Below, piece by piece: positions 38,079 through 48,281 of a stretch of DNA of 64,000 bases. Numbering within the stretch: the stretch's first letter is position 1; each line of letters begins with the position of its first letter. The stretch comes from Nitrospiria bacterium (GTDB taxonomy: Bacteria > Nitrospirota > RBG-16-64-22): NCBI GenBank assembly GCA_919903025.1, contig CAKKSE010000024.1, forward strand, positions 3,175-67,174, given 5' to 3'. Both the position numbers and the translations under genes were made by a program. The notes beneath the pieces were generated by a model, which did not search any database, was not told where the DNA came from, and saw only the letters and a program-made list of their open reading frames with translations.

Positions 38079-38995
38079 CGATCCGCTTTCCCGCCTGCTT
38101 GCAATGGAACGGTCCCTTCCTTCCGCGCCATGAAGACAAGCTTGTTCTCCATCCCGAGAAGCTGCCCGGCCTTGAGTAAGGTCCATGACCCCCATTTGAG
38201 CAGGCGAGTTTCGAACGTCACCCGCCCCACGTACGTCGAATCCTGGCCGATTTCGAGAATCCCGAATCCTGCGTCCCGAAGAAGACGCGAGAGAGACCGG
38301 ACGCTGAAGTAGAAAAGGTGATGAAGATTATACAGCGCCGAAACGGGCTTCCTCCACCCCAGACGGTAGGCAACGCCCGCCGCGCGGTCCAGCAGTCCCT
38401 CCTGGTTGGGAACCTCCAGGACCAGGATCCCGCCGTCGCGGAGCCGGTTCCGGATCTTCCGGACGGCCTCGACCGGATCCCGCAGATGTTCCAGGACGTC
38501 GAACATCGTCACGACATCATACACTTCTCCCTCTCCCGACCAGCTTTCAATGCTTGCTTCGATCACGTTCAAACCGAAAACATCGCGCGCGTACCGGGCC
38601 GCGGTCGGCGAAACCTCGATCCCCCGTCCCCGCCAGCCCTTTTTCCGGACCATGTCCAAGAACGCGCCGCCCCCGCATCCCACGTCCAGGAGGTCCGGCG
38701 AGCTTCCCACGCGCATGGCGATCCGGTCGAGCTTTCGCTCGAGCTGGCGCGCCTCGGCGCTCCCCTCGTACCCATCCCGGCACCGCCGGAAATACGACTC
38801 CCTTTCCCCCGCGGCATCATATCGCGCATAGAACTCGCGGATCGTTGCCTCGCCGGGAACAGGCGAAAACTGGACCAGGGAACAGTCCGGGCATCGCGCA
38901 ATTCGATAGGAGTCCCCGAGCGGTTTTGCCGGCTCATACAAGGGCCGGACCTCGTCCGACCCGCAGAGGTAACACCGGGAACCTGCCTCGCTCAC
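38075..38995 (-). CDS. SAM-dependent methyltransferase with N-terminal zinc-ribbon (TylCIII-like sugar C-methyltransferase architecture)
   Basis: CYLCGS...CPDCSLVQ zinc ribbon followed by LLDVGCGGGAFLDMV motif I. Start chosen at the GTG after GGAGG (38995) to leave a divergent promoter region; the longest ORF reaches 39097. Confidence 0.65.
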   Translation of the reverse strand: MSEAGSRCYLCGSDEVRPLYEPAKPLGDSYRIARCPDCSLVQFSPVPGEATIREFYARYDAAGERESYFRRCRDGYEGSAEARQLERKLDRIAMRVGSSPDLLDVGCGGGAFLDMVRKKGWRGRGIEVSPTAARYARDVFGLNVIEASIESWSGEGEVYDVVTMFDVLEHLRDPVEAVRKIRNRLRDGGILVLEVPNQEGLLDRAAGVAYRLGWRKPVSALYNLHHLFYFSVRSLSRLLRDAGFGILEIGQDSTYVGRVTFETRLLKWGSWTLLKAGQLLGMENKLVFMARKEGTVPLQAGGKADR

Positions 38996-39149
38996 CACTA
39001 ACCTCCGGACCTCTTCGCCCTGGACAGCATCACCTGGCTTATGGAAAAGGAGACCTCGGCATGCCGTTTGCAACTCTTTCCGCGCGGTTCTTTCCACTTT
39101 GGAGAAGACCCGCGATCATATTTGCAAATCTTGGAAGGAGGAACGAAAA

Positions 39150-39821
39150 ATGGCATCCGTCGCGCCCATCAACCCGGCAGGCCCGATCCACTCTCCCGGC
39201 AATTGTTGCCCATCGACCCCCGCCTCCAGCTCTTCCGCGGGGTCTTTCCTCTCGGTCCTCACCGAGAAGGTCCGCCGCTTGGACTCGGGTTCAGCCGCCC
39301 AGCCCGAAGGGGGAACGCACCCGTCTCGGGAGATCCTGCACCTCGCCCATACGCTCCTCTCCCTTTACCGGATCTACGAAGAGACGCGAGCCGAGTTCCA
39401 GACACCGTCGGAGCCCGCATCCAGCGCCGCCCCCGTCGTCGCGAATCAGGCGCCGAAAACCTCCTCCAAACCGGTCGTTCGCGACCTCGACCGCTCGGAT
39501 CCCCGCTTGGCCCGGATCTGGGGGGGTGAAGAGCTGGGAGACAACACCAGCAACGCCGGCCAGCTCTATGACACACATTCCTACAACGGGACGACTGTTC
39601 ATGTCTTCAACGTCCGTGGTCCCGTTCGCGTGCAGTTTCTCCGCGAGGACTACTCCGGAACCAATCTGACGCTCCCGCAACTCGAATCCGAAGCGCGGCA
39701 AAGGAACCTGGTGATGTGGGAAACGACGGTCGATCGGGACTCAACCATCACCCTTCCGAGCCAGTACGGGAATGGATATATAAACCTCCTGGGAGGGAGC
39801 GCGGTCGCTTACGTGGTCTGA
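39150..39821 (+). CDS. Hypothetical protein, plus strand
   Basis: Perfect SD GGAAGGAGG 8 nt before ATG 39150. 223 aa: Pro/Ser-rich N-terminus (PINPAGPIHSPGNCCPSTPASSSS), then a roughly 110-aa C-terminal region. No recognisable family. Confidence 0.5.
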   Translation: MASVAPINPAGPIHSPGNCCPSTPASSSSAGSFLSVLTEKVRRLDSGSAAQPEGGTHPSREILHLAHTLLSLYRIYEETRAEFQTPSEPASSAAPVVANQAPKTSSKPVVRDLDRSDPRLARIWGGEELGDNTSNAGQLYDTHSYNGTTVHVFNVRGPVRVQFLREDYSGTNLTLPQLESEARQRNLVMWETTVDRDSTITLPSQYGNGYINLLGGSAVAYVV

Positions 39822-39833
39822 CCCTTTCCGCGG

Positions 39834-40958
39834 TCAGGCCGCGGACTCCAGTTGTTCGAGCGTCTGTCTCGCGGTCTCTTTCCAGGAGAAGCCGGCGGCG
39901 TGGGCGCGGCCTCGCGCCCTCAATTCCCCTTGGAGGGCTGGGTCGCCGATTACCCGGCGGATCTGCGCAGCCATTTCCGCCGTGTCAAACGGATCAAAAA
40001 GAAGCCCGGCATCGCCCACGACCTCCGGCAGAGAGGCGGCCCTCGACGCGATCACGGGCGTTCCGCACGCCATCGCCTCCAGGACCGGAAGACCGAACCC
40101 CTCGAATGTGGAAGGATAGACCATCGCGTCGGCGCCGGCGTACAGAAGCGGAAGATCGCTTGTCGAAACCCATCCCAGGTTGCGAATCGACGAGCGGCGC
40201 GGGGACGCCTCGATGCGACCCGCAATCCGCTCGGCGGCAAACCCCTTGACCCCGACCAGGACAAGTTCGTAGGGGATATGTCCTTCGTCCGCCACGATCT
40301 CGAAAGCATCGATCAGGCGCTCGATGTTCTTGTGGGGATGAGACGTGGAGACACACAGGAGATACGGCCGCGACAATCCATGCCGCATTTTGGCCCCCTC
40401 GACTTCCTCCCGCGTGTAATGCGGATTGAAGACGGCGTCGGCCGCCAGCGGAGTCACGATGACCTTCGAAGCCTCGATCCCGTAGGTCTCAATGATGTCG
40501 CGGCGCGAATGCTCGGAGAGGGTCAGGACCTTCGCCGCGCGCCGCGCGGACAGTCCGACCATGAGGTTCCAGAAAATCAGGTGAGACCGGTAGAAGTGCT
40601 CGGGGTGCCGGACGTGCTGAAGGTCGTAGATTGTCACGACGGATGGGCACGGACAGACCAACGGCGACGTAAATCCCGGCGAAAGAAGGACGTCCAGCTT
40701 CTGCCGAAGCGCTTGGATCGGGAGGCATGTCTGTTCCCAGAGAATCCTCGCCGGCCGAAAAGTCGCCCGGATAGGACACAAGACTCGCACGAGGTTGTCC
40801 CCATCCGCGAACGTTTCATGATTCTCCCTGTTCGTAAACAGAACGTACGCGTGGTCCGGTCCGACCTCGCGCATGTTCGCCACCAGACTGCGAAGATACG
40901 TTTCGCTTCCCCCCACCCGCGAAGGAATGAGATACAAGCCGTTAATTCCGATTCGCAT
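39834..40958 (-). CDS. GT4-family glycosyltransferase (mannosyltransferase-like)
   Basis: MRIGINGLYLIPSRVGG...; MVYPSTFEGFGLPVLEAMACGTPVIASRAASLPEV. Confidence 0.85.
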   Translation of the reverse strand: MRIGINGLYLIPSRVGGSETYLRSLVANMREVGPDHAYVLFTNRENHETFADGDNLVRVLCPIRATFRPARILWEQTCLPIQALRQKLDVLLSPGFTSPLVCPCPSVVTIYDLQHVRHPEHFYRSHLIFWNLMVGLSARRAAKVLTLSEHSRRDIIETYGIEASKVIVTPLAADAVFNPHYTREEVEGAKMRHGLSRPYLLCVSTSHPHKNIERLIDAFEIVADEGHIPYELVLVGVKGFAAERIAGRIEASPRRSSIRNLGWVSTSDLPLLYAGADAMVYPSTFEGFGLPVLEAMACGTPVIASRAASLPEVVGDAGLLFDPFDTAEMAAQIRRVIGDPALQGELRARGRAHAAGFSWKETARQTLEQLESAA

Positions 40959-43491
40959 CAGATTCCGCCGAAACCGCTCCGCGGCGGTCCCGATTTCGCC
41001 GGAAAGCCAGTCCCACCCACGCCGCCGCGAACGCCACAGCTCCTCCGCTGATCCAAAGACCGGCCCGAAAGCTTGGCGGATCGTAACGGAACTCCACCAC
41101 GTGGGCGCCGGCAGGCAGGTGGACGCCCCGGAAAGCGAGGTTCGTTTTCAGAATCTCCCCCGGCAGGCCGTCAACCGCCACCGTCCATCCGGGATACCAT
41201 GCGTCACTTACAACCAGCAAGCCCTCCCGATCCAACGAAGCATCGATCCGGACAGACTCCGGCGCATACTCCGCGATCCGAACCCGCGCTTCCAGGCCCT
41301 TCTGACCGATCAGCCGCGGCCCCCGTGTCACAAGCGCCGTCCTTCCGGGATCGAAATCCAGGTCTCGAAGGCGGGCGGCGACCGCGGCGGAGTCCACCAG
41401 AACCTCCGTCTCGTGGACCACGAACGCGCGCGGCATGGCCGATCGGTTCCGATAGACGAACGAATCCCCGGACCGAACAAGAGAGACCTTCGGATGGTCC
41501 AAGGCCCGGCCGCTGATGATGTACTCGACGTTCAGAAAATCCGCCAGCCTTGACTCGTACCGAGAGAAGTAGAGCGTCCGGAAGTGCCGATGCGGAACGG
41601 GATACTCGCCCGCCGCCGAAAGAAAGGCAAGGTATTCCGGAGATTCCAGAGCGTTGTACCCCCGGATGTCCGAGATGCCGTACACGATATTTGTCTCCGG
41701 CGGAAACCCTCCGTCAAGCGTCAGGACCCGAAACAGCCCTGGCTGATTCTTCACGAAGTCGATCGCTTCGTGCGACTGGTAGTGCAGATCGTGGGGGATC
41801 GACGGGTTGTAGTTTCGCCCGAAACTGAAGAGATCGAGCAACAGAACGCCTGGAAGCACCCACGCCTTCCTCTGAGCACCGCTCCTTGATCGGAACGCAT
41901 AGCCGACAGCCAGGCCGGAGAGCAACAGCAGAACCCCGCGTCCGATTCCCTCGCGAACGATGAGGTTCGTCAACCGGTCGTACGACTGCGGAAGGAGGGC
42001 GACGTACGGTTCCGGATCCTGGTGGAGGCTTTCCGATCTTTCAACTATGATCCGCTTTGCGATGTCCAGGATCGGCTCACGGAACGCAACGACCGACAGC
42101 AATGCGCCCCCCGCCACGGCGCCGATCACGACGGGGCCGGCCACCGCGGCGATGCGCACTTTCCTCAGGAAGCGGCCCGATTGTTCGGAGACGGTTGCGG
42201 CAAGGAGATCGACGCCGCGCCCCGCCAGGACAGCGGCGGAGAAGGCCCACAGCAGGAGCATCCGATGATTTCCGGCTACGTTGAACAGCGGAAGTCCGCT
42301 CACCGCCTGGGCAATAGGAGGAACGGAGAACGCGACGCAAAGGGAAATGACCCCGAGGGTGCCGAAAAACGCTTCCGGGCCCCGCCGGTCACCCAGGCGT
42401 ATCGCGGCCGCCGTCAGCACAAGCGGGATCAGGCCCACGTATCCCCCGCTCAACTCGTTGAAGTTCCCAATCCCCAGCAGTGCGCCGATCGGGATGTCCC
42501 CTCTCATACTGCTCCCCATGCAGTACGGGCAGACCAGCGACACGGCCGCCGCAAGTCTCTTCCACGAGGGAATCCACGGGACTTCTGGACCGCCCAGTCG
42601 ATCCGCAAGGGCGGCGCTGTGAAGGATGTATTCTCCCAAGGGAAGAAGCTGGACAGCCGCGCCAGCCGTTCCCAGAATGATCGTGCCCGCGAAGACGACG
42701 GACCTGCGGACGCCGATCTCCCGGGATCTTTCATCCCGCCAAAGCCTGACGATCCTCCAGACGCCGTACGCCGCCGCTCCCGACAGGATGTGAAGCGAGG
42801 TCTCCGGATGTCCTCCCAGAAACTGAACGCAAACAACGCAGGCCAGCAGGCTCCCTCGCGCAGCGGTCGGCCTTCGAATCACCAGTTCCGTTGCGAGAAA
42901 CAGGGCAGGAAGCCAGACGGCGACATTCGCGTGCGGCCAGTGAAGCCAGACAACCAGGAACCCGCAGAATGTAAACGCCCAGGCCGTGACCGCGCTTCCC
43001 AGCGGGGTGAGGCCGATCATCCGGGCGAACGCAAACGATGACACCGCGGCGATAAGCAGACGAACGATGTCCCAGCACACAATCGCGACCGGCTCCCGAA
43101 GAACCAAGAACAGGAGGTTGAGCGGATACAGGACGGCCGATTGTCCGTTGGCCAGGAACGGAGCGCCGGCGTAGTTGTATGGATTCCAAAGAGGGATCCG
43201 CCCCTCCTTGAGCGAGGCGACCGTGTAGGCCCGCCAGGGCCTGAACTGGTAGGCATCGTCCGTCGCAATCGCGTTTGCCGGCTCGAGATCGCTCGTCGTC
43301 CATCCCCACGGAACGGACCCTTGAAGAATGTCGGCGGGTGAAAGGATCTCGCCTTTCAGAACCGGGTCCAGGAAGAACAAGATGAGCAGCAGTGCCGTAG
43401 CGAGGGCAAAGAGCCCGATTTCTTTCGCGTCGGGCAGTCGCCCGGGCAACATTCCAGCGGCTTCCCGGTTCCCGCTGAGCGCTTGATTCAC
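40942..43491 (-). CDS. YfhO-like GT-C-fold membrane protein
   Basis: 849 aa polytopic protein. N-terminal FRPWRAYTVASLKEGRIPLWNPYNYAGAPFLANGQSAVLYPLN resembles YfhO-family proteins. GTG 43491 overlaps the upstream TGA. Confidence 0.6.
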   Translation of the reverse strand: MNQALSGNREAAGMLPGRLPDAKEIGLFALATALLLILFFLDPVLKGEILSPADILQGSVPWGWTTSDLEPANAIATDDAYQFRPWRAYTVASLKEGRIPLWNPYNYAGAPFLANGQSAVLYPLNLLFLVLREPVAIVCWDIVRLLIAAVSSFAFARMIGLTPLGSAVTAWAFTFCGFLVVWLHWPHANVAVWLPALFLATELVIRRPTAARGSLLACVVCVQFLGGHPETSLHILSGAAAYGVWRIVRLWRDERSREIGVRRSVVFAGTIILGTAGAAVQLLPLGEYILHSAALADRLGGPEVPWIPSWKRLAAAVSLVCPYCMGSSMRGDIPIGALLGIGNFNELSGGYVGLIPLVLTAAAIRLGDRRGPEAFFGTLGVISLCVAFSVPPIAQAVSGLPLFNVAGNHRMLLLWAFSAAVLAGRGVDLLAATVSEQSGRFLRKVRIAAVAGPVVIGAVAGGALLSVVAFREPILDIAKRIIVERSESLHQDPEPYVALLPQSYDRLTNLIVREGIGRGVLLLLSGLAVGYAFRSRSGAQRKAWVLPGVLLLDLFSFGRNYNPSIPHDLHYQSHEAIDFVKNQPGLFRVLTLDGGFPPETNIVYGISDIRGYNALESPEYLAFLSAAGEYPVPHRHFRTLYFSRYESRLADFLNVEYIISGRALDHPKVSLVRSGDSFVYRNRSAMPRAFVVHETEVLVDSAAVAARLRDLDFDPGRTALVTRGPRLIGQKGLEARVRIAEYAPESVRIDASLDREGLLVVSDAWYPGWTVAVDGLPGEILKTNLAFRGVHLPAGAHVVEFRYDPPSFRAGLWISGGAVAFAAAWVGLAFRRNRDRRGAVSAESDANRN

Positions 43492-44030
43492 GATTTCCGG
43501 ACTCGCAAGCGAATTTCGATCTCGGAGGCGGTGACGATGAACGCCAGTGTCTTCTCATAGAACCATGGGAACCGGTTCGCGAACCACTCGACCCCGATCC
43601 AGCGATGCGGGACAAATCGCCGTCCCTGAGCTTGGGGAGAAAAGCAAATCCTGCGAGATACCAACTCGAATGTCTTTTGCGTGTAGAAGTCGTACAGCGA
43701 CTCATCCGTAAAGTAGTCGAAGGAGAACGCCCCGAAAAAATGTCGATGTGTCGGGTCATTGAACGACGCCGGACTGGAATAGTGTGGAGAGCGAACGTGA
43801 ACAAGAGCGCCTGGAGCGCTTATCCGATGAATCTCTTCCATGACTCCGACGATGTCTTCAAGATGTTCAAGGGCGTGGAAGGCGGTGACTTCCGTAAAAA
43901 CGTCGTCTTTGAACGGGTAGGGAAAATGGTCCAGGTCCGCAATGACGTCTGCCGCCGTTCCCCCCCGGCGATCTATCCCGATACTGCCCGCCTGCTTTCT
44001 TTTTCCGCATCCCAGATCCAGCCGGCGCAC
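43488..44030 (-). CDS. Class I SAM-dependent methyltransferase
   Basis: RRLDLGCGKRKQAGSIGID (motif I); FTEVTAFHALEHL. Confidence 0.7.
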   Translation of the reverse strand: MRRLDLGCGKRKQAGSIGIDRRGGTAADVIADLDHFPYPFKDDVFTEVTAFHALEHLEDIVGVMEEIHRISAPGALVHVRSPHYSSPASFNDPTHRHFFGAFSFDYFTDESLYDFYTQKTFELVSRRICFSPQAQGRRFVPHRWIGVEWFANRFPWFYEKTLAFIVTASEIEIRLRVRKS

Positions 44031-44040
44031 GCGACGTCTC

Positions 44041-46215
44041 CTACTTCATCCCACCGAGGACGGTCTGGAGACGGTGGGCCGGCTCGAACTCGGGATCCGC
44101 CGCAACGGCTCTCTCGGCCCGCCGCGCGCTTTCGCCCGTGGCACCCTTCTCCCTCGCCTCTTCGGCCATGGCCGAAAACCATACAGCCTCTCGCCGACCT
44201 GAAGAACGGTCCGGCGGGGCGTTCCGTTCGATGAAGATCTCCCCGATCGACCAGTCCCATTTCGGGTCCGCGCCCAGGTGCTCCAAACGAACGAACCGGG
44301 CAAGCGCGCCCCCCACAAACACTTCCACACTGCCGCTCAGATCGCGCCGCGGGTGGCTCCCGTACCAACGCAGGCCGGACAGCAGATACCCCGTCTCCGC
44401 GACCGTCGTCCAGCTCCGCCCGTCCGCCGACACCTTGACCCAGAGCCCCGTGGGAGCGTCCCACCGGTTGCCCCCCGGCAGAAGCACGATCCTTTGCACG
44501 GCCAGACGGGACCCCAAATCGATCTCGAACCAGTCCCCTTCTCGCCGCGGCCGCCCTGTCGTCCACCGCGACGATGCGCTCCGGTCGAACGCAAGCCGGG
44601 CGTCGCTTTCCGGATTCGACGAAGAGACCCGCCAGCCCGACGGGCGAAGACTTCTGCCCCGCCCGGGAGGATGAAAACCGTGGAAGATCGTGTACGGCCC
44701 CCGGACGTCCTTCCGGTAACCGCCGCCCAGGAGCTTGATGTTCTCTTCGAACGCCTCAGGCGTCGCCAGATGGTCGGACCGGCCCTGGAAAACGAACGCC
44801 GCGTCCTCGGCCAGATCAACCATTGATCGGTACTTCGCGTACGGCTCGTAGACAGGCTCGGCCACGACAATACGCTCACGGCTTGCGAACGTCGTCCGGA
44901 TTGAAATGTGATGGTTCGCATACGCCCGTGTCACACCCACCCCTTCAAGGAATTCGATGAGGGGCCTGACGGAGGGATATTTTGCCTCCCAGCTCTCCCG
45001 GTCGGACAAGGCTTGGTATCCAAGAACGAGACCCACGAGATTCCCCAACAGAACCGCGCATCCGATCAGGGCACCGGCCGTGCGCGACCGGTTCCACACC
45101 ATCGCTGTGCCGGCTCCAAAGACGAGCGCCGCCGCGACATAGAAACCGAAGTAGTACCTGGGCGACCCCGTGTAGCCGAACCGATTCAGAGCGTAGGCGC
45201 CCAGCGAGACGGTGATGAGAAACGCGATCAACGCCGCGGACCGTCTGTCACTCGTTCTCGTTTCTCCTCCCCGGGTCGTTCCCCAGACGGCCCCGGCAAT
45301 CCAGGCAACGAACAGGACCAGAGCCGAAACGGCCATGACTGTCCCCGGCCAGCCCAGCCATGTCTCCGTCGAAATGTGCCGGAACCCCAAGAGATAAGGG
45401 ATCCGCTCCGCGAACCGCTGGGCCGCAAGCTGTTTGAGCGAGCCCTCGCCGAACCCGACGACGGCGAAGGACCAAAACTCGTTCTGGAGGTTGGAGATCC
45501 AGAACGGGAAACCCCCGACGAGAACGCCTCCGGCAAGCATGAGCCCGGGCCAGCCGAGCAAGGACCGAAATCCCGAGGCGGCCGCGAGCGAGACGGCGAC
45601 CACCAAAAAGGGAGCGATTAGGAAGTTTGTCCACACGGAGAGCCCCGCGACGACTCCGAAAGCCGCGTATCGTCCCGCGGCATGCATCCCGCGGCGCGCG
45701 TCTTCCCGGATCTTCAGGGCCAGAAGGAGGAGGAGAGACCCGAGGACCAGCGTCTCGATGTACCCGAGACGCGGCGAGAGACCGTAAGCCGCGAGAAACG
45801 CCGGAGGCGCGGCGGCGTAGGCCCCGGTCCATACGGCCGCCGTCTCCCCGTAGAGCGCCTGCGCCAGCCGAACGGCAAGGACGACGAACAGCACCGAAAG
45901 AATGAACGGAGCCACGAGGAGAACCTTCGCCGACGCGCCGAAAAGGAAGAACAGGGCGGCCGTCGGATAAGCCTCCCCCGATCCCATGTACGCCTGGCCG
46001 TGAAAGAAGACGGGGAAATCACCCTGGAGAACATGGCGGGCCATGAGACCCGTCATGGCCTCGTCGGCGTCGAGGCGGTGCGGAAGCGTTCGAACATAGG
46101 CGATTCGGATACCGACGGCGGCCGTGATGCCGGAAGCGATGAGGAGAAAGCGGGATACTGTCAGATTCGCCCCTCTCGCCGCGCAAGTACGACCCCGATG
46201 TGGGCGGATTCGCAC
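44041..46215 (-). CDS. PMT-like GT-C protein with discoidin domain, paralog B (start uncertain)
   Basis: LDADEAMTGLMARHVLQGDFPVFFHGQAYMGS. C-terminus SSRWTTGRPRREGDWFEIDLG...VKVSADGRSWTTV...RFVRLEHLGADPKWDWSIGEIFI. The GTG at 46215 overlaps the upstream gene by 55 nt; CTGA right at the upstream stop, after GAGGGG, is an alternative start. Confidence 0.7.
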   Translation of the reverse strand: MRIRPHRGRTCAARGANLTVSRFLLIASGITAAVGIRIAYVRTLPHRLDADEAMTGLMARHVLQGDFPVFFHGQAYMGSGEAYPTAALFFLFGASAKVLLVAPFILSVLFVVLAVRLAQALYGETAAVWTGAYAAAPPAFLAAYGLSPRLGYIETLVLGSLLLLLALKIREDARRGMHAAGRYAAFGVVAGLSVWTNFLIAPFLVVAVSLAAASGFRSLLGWPGLMLAGGVLVGGFPFWISNLQNEFWSFAVVGFGEGSLKQLAAQRFAERIPYLLGFRHISTETWLGWPGTVMAVSALVLFVAWIAGAVWGTTRGGETRTSDRRSAALIAFLITVSLGAYALNRFGYTGSPRYYFGFYVAAALVFGAGTAMVWNRSRTAGALIGCAVLLGNLVGLVLGYQALSDRESWEAKYPSVRPLIEFLEGVGVTRAYANHHISIRTTFASRERIVVAEPVYEPYAKYRSMVDLAEDAAFVFQGRSDHLATPEAFEENIKLLGGGYRKDVRGPYTIFHGFHPPGRGRSLRPSGWRVSSSNPESDARLAFDRSASSRWTTGRPRREGDWFEIDLGSRLAVQRIVLLPGGNRWDAPTGLWVKVSADGRSWTTVAETGYLLSGLRWYGSHPRRDLSGSVEVFVGGALARFVRLEHLGADPKWDWSIGEIFIERNAPPDRSSGRREAVWFSAMAEEAREKGATGESARRAERAVAADPEFEPAHRLQTVLGGMK

Positions 46216-48281
46216 TCAGGATCTTCGGCCAGCACCCTTCTGAACAAGGATTCACCGTCCCGGTTCACCCTTGCCAGAGAGATCGACCCGTCGATGCATG
46301 GATCGAGGATGCCGTCGCTTCTTTCGTCCACCGCCCTCTCCGAATAGACGAATATCTCGCCGATCGACCAATCGAGAATGCGGTGGGCACCTAAGTGGGA
46401 AATGCGAATAAAGCGCGACATGACCGGCGGCCAACGGAGATGCGCCCGCCCGCTCCCATTCACATGGGGACGACCCTGGAGCGATCCCATCCCGGGAATA
46501 ACGCGATCGAGACGCCCGACCTCGCGCCACGACATCCCGTCGGGGGACACCTCAACCCTGAGACCGATCGGCGCGTCGAGCGAGTTCAGACCCGGCAGGA
46601 TCGTGACCGCGGCCACCGGCGAGACCTTTCCGAGATCCACGGCGAACCACATCCCGTCCCTCTTCGGCCGGCCGCTGGCCCACCGGGTCTCCGGGCGGCG
46701 GTCGAACGCTTTCCAGACCTCTCCTTCGGGATCGGAAGCGGCGCGCCATCCATCGGCCGGGATCGGCGCCAGAGAGGGCCGTTCGTTCCGGAACGAGTGA
46801 AAGACCGTCGCTCCCGCCGCCGCCTCCATCTTGGCCGTCCATCCCTGCGCCGCAAGGTTCCAGGCAAACGATTCCGGATCGCCGAAGTGGTCTGAAGGGC
46901 CGAAGAAGACGTAGGCCGCGCGTTCCGAGGCGCTGACGGCCCTCTCCAGAGGCTTGTACCGTTCGTGGATGGGTTCCGCCGCCAAGATGCGTCCTTCCGA
47001 TTCGAACGTGAGCCGAACGGAATGATCGTAATTGGCGTAGACGTGCTCGATTCTCCTGCTTTGCAGTTCCTCGACGAGAGGCCGTGTGGGCGGGGCTTTC
47101 GCGTCCCAAGCCCCCGGCCTCGCAAACGCCTTGTAGGTACCCGCGGCCATGAACAGGTTTCCAGCCAGAATGATAATGCCCGCGGAGATCCCGATCCTCC
47201 GGACAACGGTCGAGCGGGCACCGGCGATCGCCGACGCAATCAGCAGAGGGATGGGGATGTAAAGCGGAAGGAGATACCTCGGAGATCCCATCAGCCCGAA
47301 CCGGCTCAGAACGAAGCTCGCCGCGGCGAACGAAATGAGAAGCAGGATCCATGCTTCCGGCCGTTCCCTCCATCTCTTTGCCCCCTCGTCCCGGACTCCC
47401 ACCGCCCTCGCCGCGAAAAGAACAACCAGAACGGCATAGGCGGCGCCAAGCACGGGCGTGAGAATGGAGACGGATTTGAGCGTTACCATGTCCTTCAATC
47501 CAAGGATGTACGGAGCCCCTTCCCGGAAGAACCTCCCGAGAGCAATCTCGATGCGTCCGACGTCCCCTCCCCTCGTCAGGACGAACGTGGCGAATCCGTT
47601 CCCGGCGTTCCACAACCAAAACGGAGCTCCGCCGATCAGAACGCCCACGAGAAAGAACCCGCCGGATTTCCCGATCAACACGCTCGGATTCCTGAGAACG
47701 ACGACGGCGCCGCACGCCGCTAGAATGGGGAGGATTAGAAGATTCGTCCACACGGCAAGTCCCGTTATGAACCCAAGAACCAGGAACAGGCGCGCTTCTC
47801 CGGCCGGCCCTTTCGTGCCGGCAAGAACACGCTGAATCCCCAGGATAAGGAACGTCCCGAATACAAGCGTCTCGATGTATCCCAAGCGGGGAGATAGACC
47901 GTAGGCCAGGAGATAGGGCGGACCCATGGCGGCCCAGGCGAGCGCCGCCAACCCGCCGGTCCTCCCGAACCACCTCCGCGCAGCGAGCCCGATTCCGGCC
48001 GCGAATAGGAGCGAGAAGGCCAGTGGAACCACGAGAAGGATGTGCGGAGAGGACCCGGCCGCGGAAAAGACCGCCGCGCTGAGGTACGTCTCGAACGATC
48101 CCATGTACGCCTGACCGAAGAAAAAGACCGGGAAATCGCCGGCCAGGATGCGCTGGGCCATGAACCCAGCCATTGCCTCGTCGGCATCCAGGCGGCTCGC
48201 ATGGTTCGCCAGGAAAGGAAGCCGCAACGCCGCCGCCAGCGCGAGCAGCCACGCCCACGCAATCCTCTCGCCGCGACTCAA
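46161..48281 (-). CDS. PMT-like GT-C protein with discoidin domain, paralog C
   Basis: LDADEAMAGFMAQRILAGDFPVFFFGQAYMGS; C-terminus RRPETRWASGRPKRDGMWFAVDLG...RVEVSPDGMSWREV...RFIRISHLGAHRILDWSIGEIFV. Confidence 0.75.
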   Translation of the reverse strand: MSRGERIAWAWLLALAAALRLPFLANHASRLDADEAMAGFMAQRILAGDFPVFFFGQAYMGSFETYLSAAVFSAAGSSPHILLVVPLAFSLLFAAGIGLAARRWFGRTGGLAALAWAAMGPPYLLAYGLSPRLGYIETLVFGTFLILGIQRVLAGTKGPAGEARLFLVLGFITGLAVWTNLLILPILAACGAVVVLRNPSVLIGKSGGFFLVGVLIGGAPFWLWNAGNGFATFVLTRGGDVGRIEIALGRFFREGAPYILGLKDMVTLKSVSILTPVLGAAYAVLVVLFAARAVGVRDEGAKRWRERPEAWILLLISFAAASFVLSRFGLMGSPRYLLPLYIPIPLLIASAIAGARSTVVRRIGISAGIIILAGNLFMAAGTYKAFARPGAWDAKAPPTRPLVEELQSRRIEHVYANYDHSVRLTFESEGRILAAEPIHERYKPLERAVSASERAAYVFFGPSDHFGDPESFAWNLAAQGWTAKMEAAAGATVFHSFRNERPSLAPIPADGWRAASDPEGEVWKAFDRRPETRWASGRPKRDGMWFAVDLGKVSPVAAVTILPGLNSLDAPIGLRVEVSPDGMSWREVGRLDRVIPGMGSLQGRPHVNGSGRAHLRWPPVMSRFIRISHLGAHRILDWSIGEIFVYSERAVDERSDGILDPCIDGSISLARVNRDGESLFRRVLAEDPECESAHIGVVLARREGRI

